A stretch of DNA of 64,000 bases, from positions 5,941 through 69,940 of the forward strand of contig JBCCYG010000001.1 in the NCBI GenBank assembly GCA_039190145.1, written 5' to 3'. Shown piece after piece: positions 39,593 through 48,803 of this stretch; the first letter of the stretch is position 1; each line of letters begins with the position of its first letter. This stretch comes from Pseudomonadota bacterium. Its GTDB lineage: Bacteria > Pseudomonadota > Alphaproteobacteria > Rhodobacterales > Rhodobacteraceae. Below the pieces are notes generated by a model that saw only the letters and a program-made list of their open reading frames with translations, had not been told where the DNA came from and ran no database searches. Position numbers and translations under genes: made by a program.

Positions 39593-40435
39593 ATGTACCT
39601 CCAGCTTAAGACTGCGAAGCTCTTTTTCGACCTTGCTTCCTCGGGCCTCGCTGCAGCGGATGACAGCGTTACGGAGAAGCCCACGCTTCTTATGCTCCAT
39701 GGTGGGCCGGGGGCGGATCAGATGTCTTTGCGGCCCCACTTTGATCGCTTCGGCGATGCTTATCAGGTCCTCTATATTGATCACCGAGGCTGTGGCCGCT
39801 CGAATGGCGCGCAAGAAACCCTGAATCTCGAACAATGGGCGCAGGACGTGGCCGACCTCCTTGCTGCGCTCGGTATCGAAAAGCCCATGGTCTTTGGACA
39901 ATCCTTTGGCGGCATGGTTGCGATGCGATTTGCTGCGCGCTTTCCCGATAAGGTGTCGAAGCTCATTTTGTCCTCGACGGCCGCTCGGTTCCGGCTGGAT
40001 GCGACTTTGGCGAAATTCCAAGAACTCGGCGGTGATAAGCCCGCCGATGTTGCACGGCGCTTCTTCAACGATCCGTCGGTCGATGGCTACAAAGAATACG
40101 AGAAGGTCTGTTTACCGCTCTACACCGGCGCCGCGTCCGGTAGATCATTTGCCAGTCGCTCGATCCAGCGGCCTGAGGTGACGGTACACTTTTTTCGCAA
40201 TGAGATGATGGAGATGGACCTCAGGCCGGACCTGGCGGGTGTTTCTTGCCCCACCCTTATTCTGGCGGGAGCGCGTGATCCGGTGACCCCTGTGAAATGC
40301 TCCGAGGAGATCGAAGAGGCGATGGGGCCCAATGCGCAGCTTTACGTATTTGAGGGCTGCGGTCACGGCGTGCATCGGGACAAGCCGGAGGAAAGCGAAC
40401 GTCTCATGCGCGATTTTCTTGCCGGCAGTCTCTAA
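39593..40435 (+). CDS. Alpha/beta hydrolase
   Basis: HGGPG, DHRGCGRS, GQSFGG nucleophile elbow, CGH. Confidence 0.9.
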   Translation: MYLQLKTAKLFFDLASSGLAAADDSVTEKPTLLMLHGGPGADQMSLRPHFDRFGDAYQVLYIDHRGCGRSNGAQETLNLEQWAQDVADLLAALGIEKPMVFGQSFGGMVAMRFAARFPDKVSKLILSSTAARFRLDATLAKFQELGGDKPADVARRFFNDPSVDGYKEYEKVCLPLYTGAASGRSFASRSIQRPEVTVHFFRNEMMEMDLRPDLAGVSCPTLILAGARDPVTPVKCSEEIEEAMGPNAQLYVFEGCGHGVHRDKPEESERLMRDFLAGSL

Positions 40436-41331
40436 GTCGGTTCGGCGAATTCTGAGCGGAACCAGTCTTTGACACGTTCGACATTGTCTCTGGCGGGCAT
40501 CTCCCTGGGACGCACGAACCAATAGGAAAAGCTGGCCTCAAGAGCCGTCCCGAAGGGCGCGATTAGGCGGCCGGCCTCTATGTCTGCTTGCACCAAGCGC
40601 GAACGTCCCAGGGCGACGCCTTGCCCGTCTATTGCCGCTTGTAGGATGGCCCCGTCATCTCCCAAGCTTGGCCCGCTGGGTGGTCGCTTGGATAAACCCG
40701 CCGCTTTGAACCACGCGTTCCAATCCTCAGGTATATCGCCATGGAGCAGTACTGCCTTGGAAAGATCCTCTGGCTTATCAAAGCCGAGCTCCGCCGCATA
40801 TTCGGGGGAGCAAACGGGCGTCACCTGCTCTCGTCCGAGTTTAGTTTGCTCGAAGACTCCCTGGGGGTGCGGCGTATAGCGAATAGCCGCGTCCACACCT
40901 TCAGCCGCAAAGTTCACCAGGTGGCGCGAGGCCGTCACGCGAAGGTCTATGTCAGGGTGAGCCGCGATGAATCGCCCGAGGCGCGGGGCAAACCATCGCG
41001 CAGCTAGGGACGGCAACATTGATACCGTGACGACCTGTTCGGCGCCTTTCGCCAGGCTAACCGCCCGCCAGATATCAGCGAAAGACAGACCTAGCTGCTG
41101 AGCCAACCGATCCCCTGCCGCAGAGAGGGTAATTCGCGTTCCGTTGCGCCGAAAAAGCGAGACACCGAGAAGCGCCTCTAGATCGCCGACCTGACGGGAG
41201 ACAGCGCTTTGGGTGATGCCGAGTTCGTGGCCCGCGGCTGTAAAGCTTTCGCAGCGTGCTGAGGCCTCAAAGACCTGCAGCGACCGCAAGGTGACATTTG
41301 CATGACTTAAACTCATGACCAGATCGCTCAT
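40432..41331 (-). CDS. LysR family regulator (GcvA-like)
   Basis: FEASARCESFTAAGHELGITQSAVSRQ, WFAPRL, GQGVALG; start may be 41316. Confidence 0.9.
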   Translation of the reverse strand: MSDLVMSLSHANVTLRSLQVFEASARCESFTAAGHELGITQSAVSRQVGDLEALLGVSLFRRNGTRITLSAAGDRLAQQLGLSFADIWRAVSLAKGAEQVVTVSMLPSLAARWFAPRLGRFIAAHPDIDLRVTASRHLVNFAAEGVDAAIRYTPHPQGVFEQTKLGREQVTPVCSPEYAAELGFDKPEDLSKAVLLHGDIPEDWNAWFKAAGLSKRPPSGPSLGDDGAILQAAIDGQGVALGRSRLVQADIEAGRLIAPFGTALEASFSYWFVRPREMPARDNVERVKDWFRSEFAEPT

Positions 41332-41397
41332 TTCTCATTTCAGAAGAGCTTCGCAGATCTTTAACATTCATTCAAAGCATAATGCAGGAGAGGCGCT

Positions 41398-42612
41398 ATG
41401 CCGGTATCAAGAGCTGCTGAGACGGCCGAGTTCAGCCCTTCTCAATTATTGCCCGACCTCCCGCTTGTCATGTGGATGGTGCTGATCGCAATTGGCCTAG
41501 GGCTCGCCGGGGGGCTCGGCGCGTCTGAGCTGGTCACGGCCTTCAACGCAGGATTTGGGCGCGCACTCGGGGAGTTTGCGCTGATCCTTTTGCCCTCCTT
41601 TGCGTTGGCCGCCGCATTATCTCAACAATGCATCACCTCAGATGCTGCGGCGCGAACCACGCTTTTTGCGTCGCCTGTGGCAGGCGCTGGCATGATCTGC
41701 CCCGACACTGCCTATGCCGCGCTTTCGCCGGCCGCTGGGCGCCATAAGCTCGCCTTGGCTCTAGGAGCGTATTCTGGCTTCAAGCTTTTGTACCCAGCGG
41801 GGCCCCTCATTGTTGCAGCAGGGCTAGGATCGGCCGTTCTTGATGGAACCGAGCCCGCTCAGCTCCTCGCTTTTGGCCTTCTCCTCGTCCCGCCGGTCTG
41901 GGGCGTGGGTTGCCTTTGGCTGAGAGCCGCCTTGGGTAGCTCTCCGCAAGCACCGAGTGCAGGTGAAAGTAACGCCGATAAAAGACGCATAGTTATCCTT
42001 TTCAGCCCATTCATACTTATGGCGTCGCTACTCACACTTGGTGCTCTTTTGGGTGAAACGGGAATTGCGGCGCTTGATTTCATCCTTTTGCCCAAGGGCG
42101 CACTGCTTTGTGCGGCTCTCCTTGCGCTCGCTCAAATCCCTAGAGACAACCGCCGGACATGCCTTGATGCGAGCGTGCGCCGCACCGGATCGCTCTTGCT
42201 CCTCATCGGGGCTGCCAGCGCATTTGGCGCAGTGTTGAACACTGTTCTTCCGCTCGGCAATTTGATGCCCGAAGGCAGCGGGATCCTGACGCTCCTCGCC
42301 CTTTTCGTTCTTACCGTTGGATTTAAGCTTGCGCAGGGCTCCTCCATGGCGACATTCGCGGCCGTCGCCCCTGTGGCTGCTCCCATTGTTGCCGCAAGCG
42401 GTGCGGACCCCTTGGCGGCCGTGTTTGCGATCTGCCTTGGCTCCTTCATCGCGATCCTGCCTAATGATAGCTATTACTGGCTGGTTCGCGGTGACGCGCT
42501 TGAAGCTGAAAAGAGCGAACTGAAAGTGACGGGAGTTCTCGCAGGCGCGACTGTGGCGCAGGCGACGCTCGGTTTAGCTATTTTACTCGCGTATTCCGCT
42601 TTGGTGTCATGA
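41398..42612 (+). CDS. GntP-like permease
   Basis: AQGSSMAT and PNDSYYW motifs typical of GntP. Confidence 0.75.
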   Translation: MPVSRAAETAEFSPSQLLPDLPLVMWMVLIAIGLGLAGGLGASELVTAFNAGFGRALGEFALILLPSFALAAALSQQCITSDAAARTTLFASPVAGAGMICPDTAYAALSPAAGRHKLALALGAYSGFKLLYPAGPLIVAAGLGSAVLDGTEPAQLLAFGLLLVPPVWGVGCLWLRAALGSSPQAPSAGESNADKRRIVILFSPFILMASLLTLGALLGETGIAALDFILLPKGALLCAALLALAQIPRDNRRTCLDASVRRTGSLLLLIGAASAFGAVLNTVLPLGNLMPEGSGILTLLALFVLTVGFKLAQGSSMATFAAVAPVAAPIVAASGADPLAAVFAICLGSFIAILPNDSYYWLVRGDALEAEKSELKVTGVLAGATVAQATLGLAILLAYSALVS

Positions 42613-43163
42613 TGGCCACGGCGTTTCGTGCGCCGCTGCTGGACGACGCAGAGGCCATTCGCACGATAACGGCTGACGGGCTCGCTTCCGGGCACGCGAG
42701 TTTTCGACAAGAGCCCCACGACTTGTCAGCTTTTCGCAGTGCTTTTGTCGCGCCGCCCGGCATCTCCCGCGTGGCTCTTTGCGATGATGCAGTTGTCGGC
42801 TGGGTCGGTGTTAGCCCGACCTCTGCCCGGAGCGTATACAGCGGCGTGGGCGAGATTTCTATTTATGTCCGCGCTGACCAACAGGGAATGGGTGTCGGCA
42901 GGGCACTGTTGGAAGCCGCGATAGATGCGTCGGAAAGCGCCGGTTTCTGGACCCTTGTGGCGCAGATTTTCCCTGAAAACGAAGCGAGCCTGCGCCTTCA
43001 TGCTCAAGGTGGCTTCGCTCAGGTAGGCGTCCGGCGCGCCCTGGGCAAAATGCCGTATGGCCCGCTTTCGGGCCATTGGCGTGACGTCATCATGCTTGAG
43101 CGCCGCAGCGATAAGGTGGGCCTCAACCTCGGGCCCGCCAGTCGCTCGGGCTCTTGCCGGTGA
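42609..43163 (+). CDS. GNAT N-acetyltransferase (phosphinothricin/ArsN-like)
   Basis: GEISIYV, GFWTLVAQIFPENEASLRLH and WRDVIMLERRS. Confidence 0.85.
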   Translation: MMATAFRAPLLDDAEAIRTITADGLASGHASFRQEPHDLSAFRSAFVAPPGISRVALCDDAVVGWVGVSPTSARSVYSGVGEISIYVRADQQGMGVGRALLEAAIDASESAGFWTLVAQIFPENEASLRLHAQGGFAQVGVRRALGKMPYGPLSGHWRDVIMLERRSDKVGLNLGPASRSGSCR

Positions 43164-44112
43164 TGCGAAGAAACTCTCGGTTAAAGTTAGACTTTGTGTT
43201 GAAGCCTGATGACAACATCACCTCTGTTACCGCTTCTCCTTGGCGAAGCTTTTCCTTTGCCACTTCGATGCGCATGCCGTTTATCAGGCGAGATACATTC
43301 TCGCCGGTGGCCTTGTTGATCGCTCTCGAGACCTTTTTTGATGGGATGCGCAGCCGGCGTGACAGTCTGGCAAGCGTCAGATCCGGGTCGAGATACAGAC
43401 GCTCGCCTTCCAAGACGCGGGTCAGTGCTTCGAAAATCTTTTCGTCATCCTCGGAGGGTTGCGCATTTTCTAGCTCCGCACCTCCTAAGTCATGGGGCAC
43501 CTCGGTGAGCGAAGGCGATACGCTCACCAGCCCAATCACTAGCAGCGCTCCACTGGTAAAGACGCTGATGATCCAGGGTCGCGCTTCCGAGACATTGGCT
43601 ATTTGGGCCAAGACGATGAGTGCGTCACTAAAGGCGGACGCAACTAGCCCTGCGGCGATCAAAAGCCAAAGCCGTGCTGGAACATCACCCGTCCCCAAAG
43701 AGAGAAGTGGGAGCCCTTGCCCTGCTGGGCGCACGGCGACCATGATCGCCAAGCCATAGCTGACAAAGAGTGCAGGGATCGCCAGGTCGAGCCCGATCCC
43801 ACCGAGCGCTATAAGTACAGCAATCACTGCCGGTCCCGCGATATGGATTGCGTCGGCGATCCGTAATGGCCGCATCGCTGTAGTCTGAAACACGACCCAA
43901 GCAGTCGCTGGCAAGAGCGCTGCGCCGAGCGGCTGAACACGGCGGAAGAAGTCGAGCTCATAGTGCTGTGCAAAGGCAACGATCGCGGCCTGAACGGCGC
44001 AAAGCCAGATGAGGATCCAGACCGGCGAAAATGCGGATTTCGTGAGCCAGAGCCGTACGAGCATGAATGCCAGGATCTGCGCGAAAACGAGAGAAATGGG
44101 CAAGGTCAGCAT
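43123..44112 (-). CDS. Membrane-anchored AraC family regulator
   Basis: Multiple N-terminal TM segments, LYLDPDLTL and SGFNTKSNFNREF. Confidence 0.88.
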   Translation of the reverse strand: MLTLPISLVFAQILAFMLVRLWLTKSAFSPVWILIWLCAVQAAIVAFAQHYELDFFRRVQPLGAALLPATAWVVFQTTAMRPLRIADAIHIAGPAVIAVLIALGGIGLDLAIPALFVSYGLAIMVAVRPAGQGLPLLSLGTGDVPARLWLLIAAGLVASAFSDALIVLAQIANVSEARPWIISVFTSGALLVIGLVSVSPSLTEVPHDLGGAELENAQPSEDDEKIFEALTRVLEGERLYLDPDLTLARLSRRLRIPSKKVSRAINKATGENVSRLINGMRIEVAKEKLRQGEAVTEVMLSSGFNTKSNFNREFLRITGKSPSDWRARG

Positions 44113-44147
44113 GATTGCATCTGTCTAAGCGAAACACGGATGCAATA

Positions 44148-44195
44148 CGTCCTAAATCCTTTTCATGGCGTCCTAAAACCGGATTTAGGACGCCA
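44148..44195. promoter_or_regulatory. Putative AraC operator (direct plus inverted repeats)
   Basis: CGTCCTAAA(T/A)CC at 44148 and 44169 (21-bp spacing); near-perfect palindrome TGGCGTCCTAAA-ACCGGA-TTTAGGACGCCA at 44166-44195. Confidence 0.65.
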
Positions 44196-44249
44196 GTGAC
44201 CTGCAACCTGAGCAAAGGAAGGAGCAGACACTTTAGACGGAGAAAAACC

Positions 44250-45260
44250 ATGAAACTCATGACCGCACTTTTGGCGCTTGGCCTCGCATCCTCCACTCTG
44301 GCTGATGCTCCCGGCATGGCGGAGTTGTCGGTCGATGCTGCCCACCACGAACATGCTCTTTCGGGTATTGTGATGTATCCGACAGAGGTTACCTCGGGTC
44401 TCCAATCCATTGGTGGCAACCCCGTGTTTAAAGGGGTCAATGTTGTTCCAGACGCTGATCCTCTTGATGGCCGTTATCCTCTCATCCTCTTGAGCCATGG
44501 CATGGGCGGTACAGTGCGGTCGTTGGCATGGCTCGCCCAGGACCTCGCCGCGAGAGGGGCGATCGTGGCCTCGGTCAATCACCCAAACTCTACTTGGGGA
44601 GATTTTGAGATTGCCCGCGCCACCGAGCACTGGACACGGGCCCAAGATTTGCGCGCTGTACTCGACCATATGTTGGCACATGAAGAGCTGGCCGAGCTTA
44701 TCGACACGGACCGGATCATGGCAGCCGGCTTTTCCTACGGAGGTTGGACGGCGCTTTCTCTGGCCGGTGTTCAAGGTAACCTTGACGGTTACAAGGCGCA
44801 TTGCGCGATGTTTCCGACCCAGTCGGCGCATTGCAGCGATATGCGTGATGCAGGCGTCGAGCTTAGCCAGTTTTCTGCTGAACTTTGGAATGCTCCCTAC
44901 GCTGATGCTCGGGTGACCCATGTGGCAGCGATTGACCCCGGTCTTGTCTGGGGCATCGCCGAGATCGATCTCCAAATCCCAACCGAAAATCTGCGCCTGA
45001 TCTCCCTCGGGGATGGCGAGGATCGACTTTTTGCGACGGATTTCGACGCGAGCGGTTTTGCCGACCGCGTGCCGGGTGCAGCCATTACTCGGATCGAACC
45101 GGCAACCCATTTTTCCGCCATGCCGCGCTGTACCGCCATCGGTGCAGACATCCTCGCGGATGAGGGTGAGGACCCTGTCTGCACAGACCCCGAGGGTGCC
45201 GTGCGCGCGGGTATCCACCAAGAAATCCTGGATGTGCTTGCGGGAGATCTTGGCCTCTAG
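44250..45260 (+). CDS. Secreted alpha/beta hydrolase (predicted dienelactone hydrolase-like)
   Basis: Signal peptide, PLILLSHG, GFSYGG, IDPG and THF. Confidence 0.85.
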   Translation: MKLMTALLALGLASSTLADAPGMAELSVDAAHHEHALSGIVMYPTEVTSGLQSIGGNPVFKGVNVVPDADPLDGRYPLILLSHGMGGTVRSLAWLAQDLAARGAIVASVNHPNSTWGDFEIARATEHWTRAQDLRAVLDHMLAHEELAELIDTDRIMAAGFSYGGWTALSLAGVQGNLDGYKAHCAMFPTQSAHCSDMRDAGVELSQFSAELWNAPYADARVTHVAAIDPGLVWGIAEIDLQIPTENLRLISLGDGEDRLFATDFDASGFADRVPGAAITRIEPATHFSAMPRCTAIGADILADEGEDPVCTDPEGAVRAGIHQEILDVLAGDLGL

Positions 45261-45308
45261 CTGGTGGCCCACCGCATTACATAGGGTCTGCCTTCGCCCT
45301 CGCTCAGA

Positions 45309-46208
45309 CTAGGACTTTTGAAGTTTCTGGTAAAAGGCGTCGCGGAGCAATTTGGCCGCCGGGCTTAATGCCCGGTTGGCTTTCCAAGCGACACCCACAT
45401 CCATAGTCGGGATATTCTCCACCAGATTTCTCTTTTCAACTCGACGGCCGTCCAACGTCCATTTTCGATACACGACATCGCTTAGGATGGTCACCGCTTG
45501 GCCGGAGGCGACGATGTTGCGTACGGCTTCGATTGAGCTCGAGGTGATCTTGATCTCCGGGTAGCCCGTTGCGTCATCCCAATGCGCCAATCCCTGTCTG
45601 TCGGCTTCATCCGACCTGAGGACCGCGTAAGGATATCTTGCAACATCCGCTAAGGTTACAGCCGCCTTATCGGCCAATGGATGGCCGATGCTCGTCCAGA
45701 GGTGTCGTTTCGATCTATGAAATGTCTTGCTGCCCAGAGCGCTGTCCGGGGTCAAGTTCGACGTCAGCATAAGTGCTAGATCGAGCCTCTCTTGCTCGAG
45801 TGCATGCTCCAAGATTTCCCTTGGCTCCTCCGAAAGCTCGATATGGATTTCGGGATACTGGCGGTTGAATTGTTCAATGACCGGAATCGCGAAGTAGCTG
45901 GACAGCGTCCAACTCATGCCGAGGCGGACGTTACCCGCCACGCCGTCATTCGGGTCCTGAACGCTCTTCAATGCGGCCTCAAAAGAAGCAGCGATGTCGA
46001 TTGCATGGCTACGAAATTGTTGGCCCGCCCTTGTGAGCGCAAGCCCGGTGGGTAGACGCTCAAAAAGCTCGGTTCCGAGAAACGTTTCCATGTCTTTGAT
46101 GGCGAGTGTCACCGCTGATTGGGAAATGTTGAGAGCGCGCGCGGCGCCGGACACTTGCCCAGCATCAACCACGGCGAGGAAGTACTTCACCTGGCGATGG
46201 GTCAGCAT
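45309..46208 (-). CDS. LysR family regulator
   Basis: YFLAVVDAGQVSGAARALNISQSAVT and SSIEAVRNIVA. Confidence 0.9.
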   Translation of the reverse strand: MLTHRQVKYFLAVVDAGQVSGAARALNISQSAVTLAIKDMETFLGTELFERLPTGLALTRAGQQFRSHAIDIAASFEAALKSVQDPNDGVAGNVRLGMSWTLSSYFAIPVIEQFNRQYPEIHIELSEEPREILEHALEQERLDLALMLTSNLTPDSALGSKTFHRSKRHLWTSIGHPLADKAAVTLADVARYPYAVLRSDEADRQGLAHWDDATGYPEIKITSSSIEAVRNIVASGQAVTILSDVVYRKWTLDGRRVEKRNLVENIPTMDVGVAWKANRALSPAAKLLRDAFYQKLQKS

Positions 46209-46300
46209 ATTGGTTTTCCTAATACTGCTAATCTAAACTCTGAATTTTTAATATACTTGCCCCCATGCGAGCTTTCCAAAGTTAATTTGGGAGGCTTGCT

Positions 46301-46513
46301 ATGACGCGTGACGACAGTCTTCAGGTCCTCAGGCCGTCAAACGCTGCGTGCGTGGGACAGTCCAAGAGCGAAACCATGCTCGCTATCGAACGAACTTCTT
46401 CGTTTTGCGAAAGTCGACCGGCTCCCCTTAAAGCAACGAAAATCGAAGCGAGTGGTTCGCGTCCGAAGGAACCAGAGTGGCAAGACCATTGGGCCCTTAC
46501 AAAGTACCTTTAA
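46301..46513 (+). CDS. Candidate 70-aa protein at the divergent LysR target position
   Basis: GGGAGG RBS 6 nt before ATG, following an AT-rich promoter; no recognisable family. Confidence 0.3.
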   Translation: MTRDDSLQVLRPSNAACVGQSKSETMLAIERTSSFCESRPAPLKATKIEASGSRPKEPEWQDHWALTKYL

Positions 46514-46646
46514 ACCTTCATCTCTTTTCGCGCCCCGCAAATGCGGCCCTCTGGATTTGAACCCGTCGCAGAGCTTGCAGGCGCGGCTCAGACTCGGGCA
46601 ACATCTCCTTGCATGTGTACCTAAAGCTCATGGGGGACCCCGTCGG

Positions 46647-47540
46647 ATGCCGGAGACTGTTCACATCGTTGATGCCTTCACCGAGACGCCAGGTGCGGGA
46701 AATCGCGCCGGTGTTGTCTTGAATGCCGACCACCTTGGCAGCAACGATATGCAGGCCATAGCTGCGTTTGCTGGCTACTCTGAGACCGCGTTTGTTCTTC
46801 AACCAGAGAGCCCCGGCCATACTCTACGCGTCCGCTACTTTACCCAAACACGGGAGGTGCCGATCTGTGGCCATGCGACAGTCGCTGCGCATTTTCTGAG
46901 AGCATCCACGGGGCACGCTGGCGAGTATCCTTTGGTGGCGCGAACCGGTGCTGGGGATCTTCCCGTTGCACTTGATCAGGCAGGATCAAGAATGCGCGTG
47001 TCCATGACCCAAACGACGCCGGAGTTTTTTCCACCCTTGGGCGATACCGATCGGGAGGCGCTGGCCGACGCTTTGGGAATGAACTCTTCCGAGTTCGCAG
47101 AACTGCCAGTGCAAACCGTATCGACCGGCCATTCAAAAGTGATGGTACCTTTGCAGCGCCGAGATGTTTTGGATGAGTTGCGTCCCGATATGCAGAAACT
47201 GACCGAGGTCAGTGAGATGATCGGGTGCAACGGCTTCTTTACATTCGTGCTTGAGGGTACGCGCGCAAAGCCTGTCACCTATGGCCGTATGTTTGCCCCC
47301 GCCATTGGGATTAACGAGGATTCTGTTACCGGAAACGCAAACGGCCCCGCCGGGGCATATCTGGTAGAACACGGCCTCATCGATTGTCCGGGGAGTATTT
47401 CATATTGCGGGCACCAAGGCATCGCCATGGGGAAACCCGGGACCGTCTACGTGACGGTCAAAAAGGAGGGCGAGAACCTCAAGGTCAAGATTGCGGGAGA
47501 GGCTGTCATCGCAGGAACAAGAGAGTATCCGGGCGCCTAG
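46647..47540 (+). CDS. PhzF family isomerase/epimerase
   Basis: VDAFT..GNRAGVV, GYSETAF, EVPICGHAT and EDSVTGNANG. Confidence 0.9.
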   Translation: MPETVHIVDAFTETPGAGNRAGVVLNADHLGSNDMQAIAAFAGYSETAFVLQPESPGHTLRVRYFTQTREVPICGHATVAAHFLRASTGHAGEYPLVARTGAGDLPVALDQAGSRMRVSMTQTTPEFFPPLGDTDREALADALGMNSSEFAELPVQTVSTGHSKVMVPLQRRDVLDELRPDMQKLTEVSEMIGCNGFFTFVLEGTRAKPVTYGRMFAPAIGINEDSVTGNANGPAGAYLVEHGLIDCPGSISYCGHQGIAMGKPGTVYVTVKKEGENLKVKIAGEAVIAGTREYPGA

Positions 47541-47756
47541 ACGACCTCGTACAGCTGAGGTTTGCAGCGGCTCTTTCTTACGGATGAGTTTGTGCGTCTA
47601 ATCACGCGTGGGACCCAGGGCCGTAAGCAGTAAATAGGCTGTGCCGGTGGAGGCTCCAAACAAGACCTAAAGGGTCTCATTCCGGCATCCGCGTTTACGC
47701 CTCCTCACCTAAGCTTGGCCTTATTCGACCCCGACATCATCGCTCGGAGCAACAAA

Positions 47757-48371
47757 ATGAAGTCCCTCGGTGTATTCATCTTTCCTGGCATTCAAACGTT
47801 AGACCTATTCGGCCCGATCGAGCTTTTGGGCGGCTTCCGCAATGAAATCGAACTGACCATGGTCGCAGAATCGCTTGAGCCGGTGACGACGCGCCACGGT
47901 CAGAGGATCATCCCGGACAAGACCATAGCGGACGCCGCGGAGTATGATATCCTCCTCATTCCAGGTGGCGATAGCGCGCTGGAAGTCTCGCAAAGGCCCG
48001 ATGCTATGGCTTGGTTGCGCAGGGCAAGTGATGCGGCTGACTATGTTTTAACTGTCTGCACCGGCAGTGTGCTTTTGGGCATGACGGGCTGCTTGGATGG
48101 CAAAAGGGCAACGACAAACAAACTCGACTTCACGAGCACGGTCCATCTAGCCCCCAGGGTCGACTGGGTGAAAAAGGCCAGGTGGGTCGAAGATGATAAG
48201 TTTTTTACGTCGTCGGGCGTCTCTGCGGGTATGGACATGGCCTTGGCTGTCGCAGAGCGCTTATTCGGTTCCGAGGCGGCCGAGGATATGGCCGAAGGCT
48301 CCGAATACGAATGGCACCGCGATGCCGCGTGGGACCCTTTTGCGCAACGCGCTGGGCTGGTTTCCTCGTGA
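47757..48371 (+). CDS. DJ-1/PfpI family protein (isonitrile hydratase-like)
   Basis: LDLFGP, IPGG, VCTGS and TSSGVSAGMD. Confidence 0.87.
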   Translation: MKSLGVFIFPGIQTLDLFGPIELLGGFRNEIELTMVAESLEPVTTRHGQRIIPDKTIADAAEYDILLIPGGDSALEVSQRPDAMAWLRRASDAADYVLTVCTGSVLLGMTGCLDGKRATTNKLDFTSTVHLAPRVDWVKKARWVEDDKFFTSSGVSAGMDMALAVAERLFGSEAAEDMAEGSEYEWHRDAAWDPFAQRAGLVSS

Positions 48372-48436
48372 GTTAAACCGCGACACGGTCGTTGCTGTTG
48401 CGCGTCGGGACTTGCTGCGGACTATCCTGTTATGGC

Positions 48437-48790
48437 CTATGCGGATTTGGCCGCCACGCAGATAATCTCAACGCTGTAGCCTTCGCCTCCGATCTTTGTT
48501 TCGCCGCAAGATCGGGCGGGGGCGCAGCCGGCCGGTATCCATGCATCCCAGACCTCGTTCACAGCGTCATAGTCGGAAATGTCCGTAAGCCAGATCGCGG
48601 TAGAGAGTATTCGGCTCTTTTCGGAGCCCGCCTCGGACAGATAGCGCTCGATCTTCTCTAGCGCATCCCGAGCTTGATTTGCTGTGCTGTCGAAGGCTGT
48701 TCCACACTGGCCCGAGAGCCAGATGAGATCGCCAAAAACTACCACTTGGCTCATGCGTGGATCGACGCCTTGCCTTTCTACGTCCGTCAT
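48437..48790 (-). CDS. RidA/YjgF family protein (YoaB-like)
   Basis: RMSQVVV, LSGQ, NEVWDAW, PARSC and VEI. Confidence 0.88.
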   Translation of the reverse strand: MTDVERQGVDPRMSQVVVFGDLIWLSGQCGTAFDSTANQARDALEKIERYLSEAGSEKSRILSTAIWLTDISDYDAVNEVWDAWIPAGCAPARSCGETKIGGEGYSVEIICVAAKSA

Positions 48791-48803
48791 ATCCCGGCCC
48801 TCC

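Noticed and set aside
44163-45272. 369-aa minus-strand ORF
   Set aside because: Antisense to the well-supported hydrolase; no independent coding signal.
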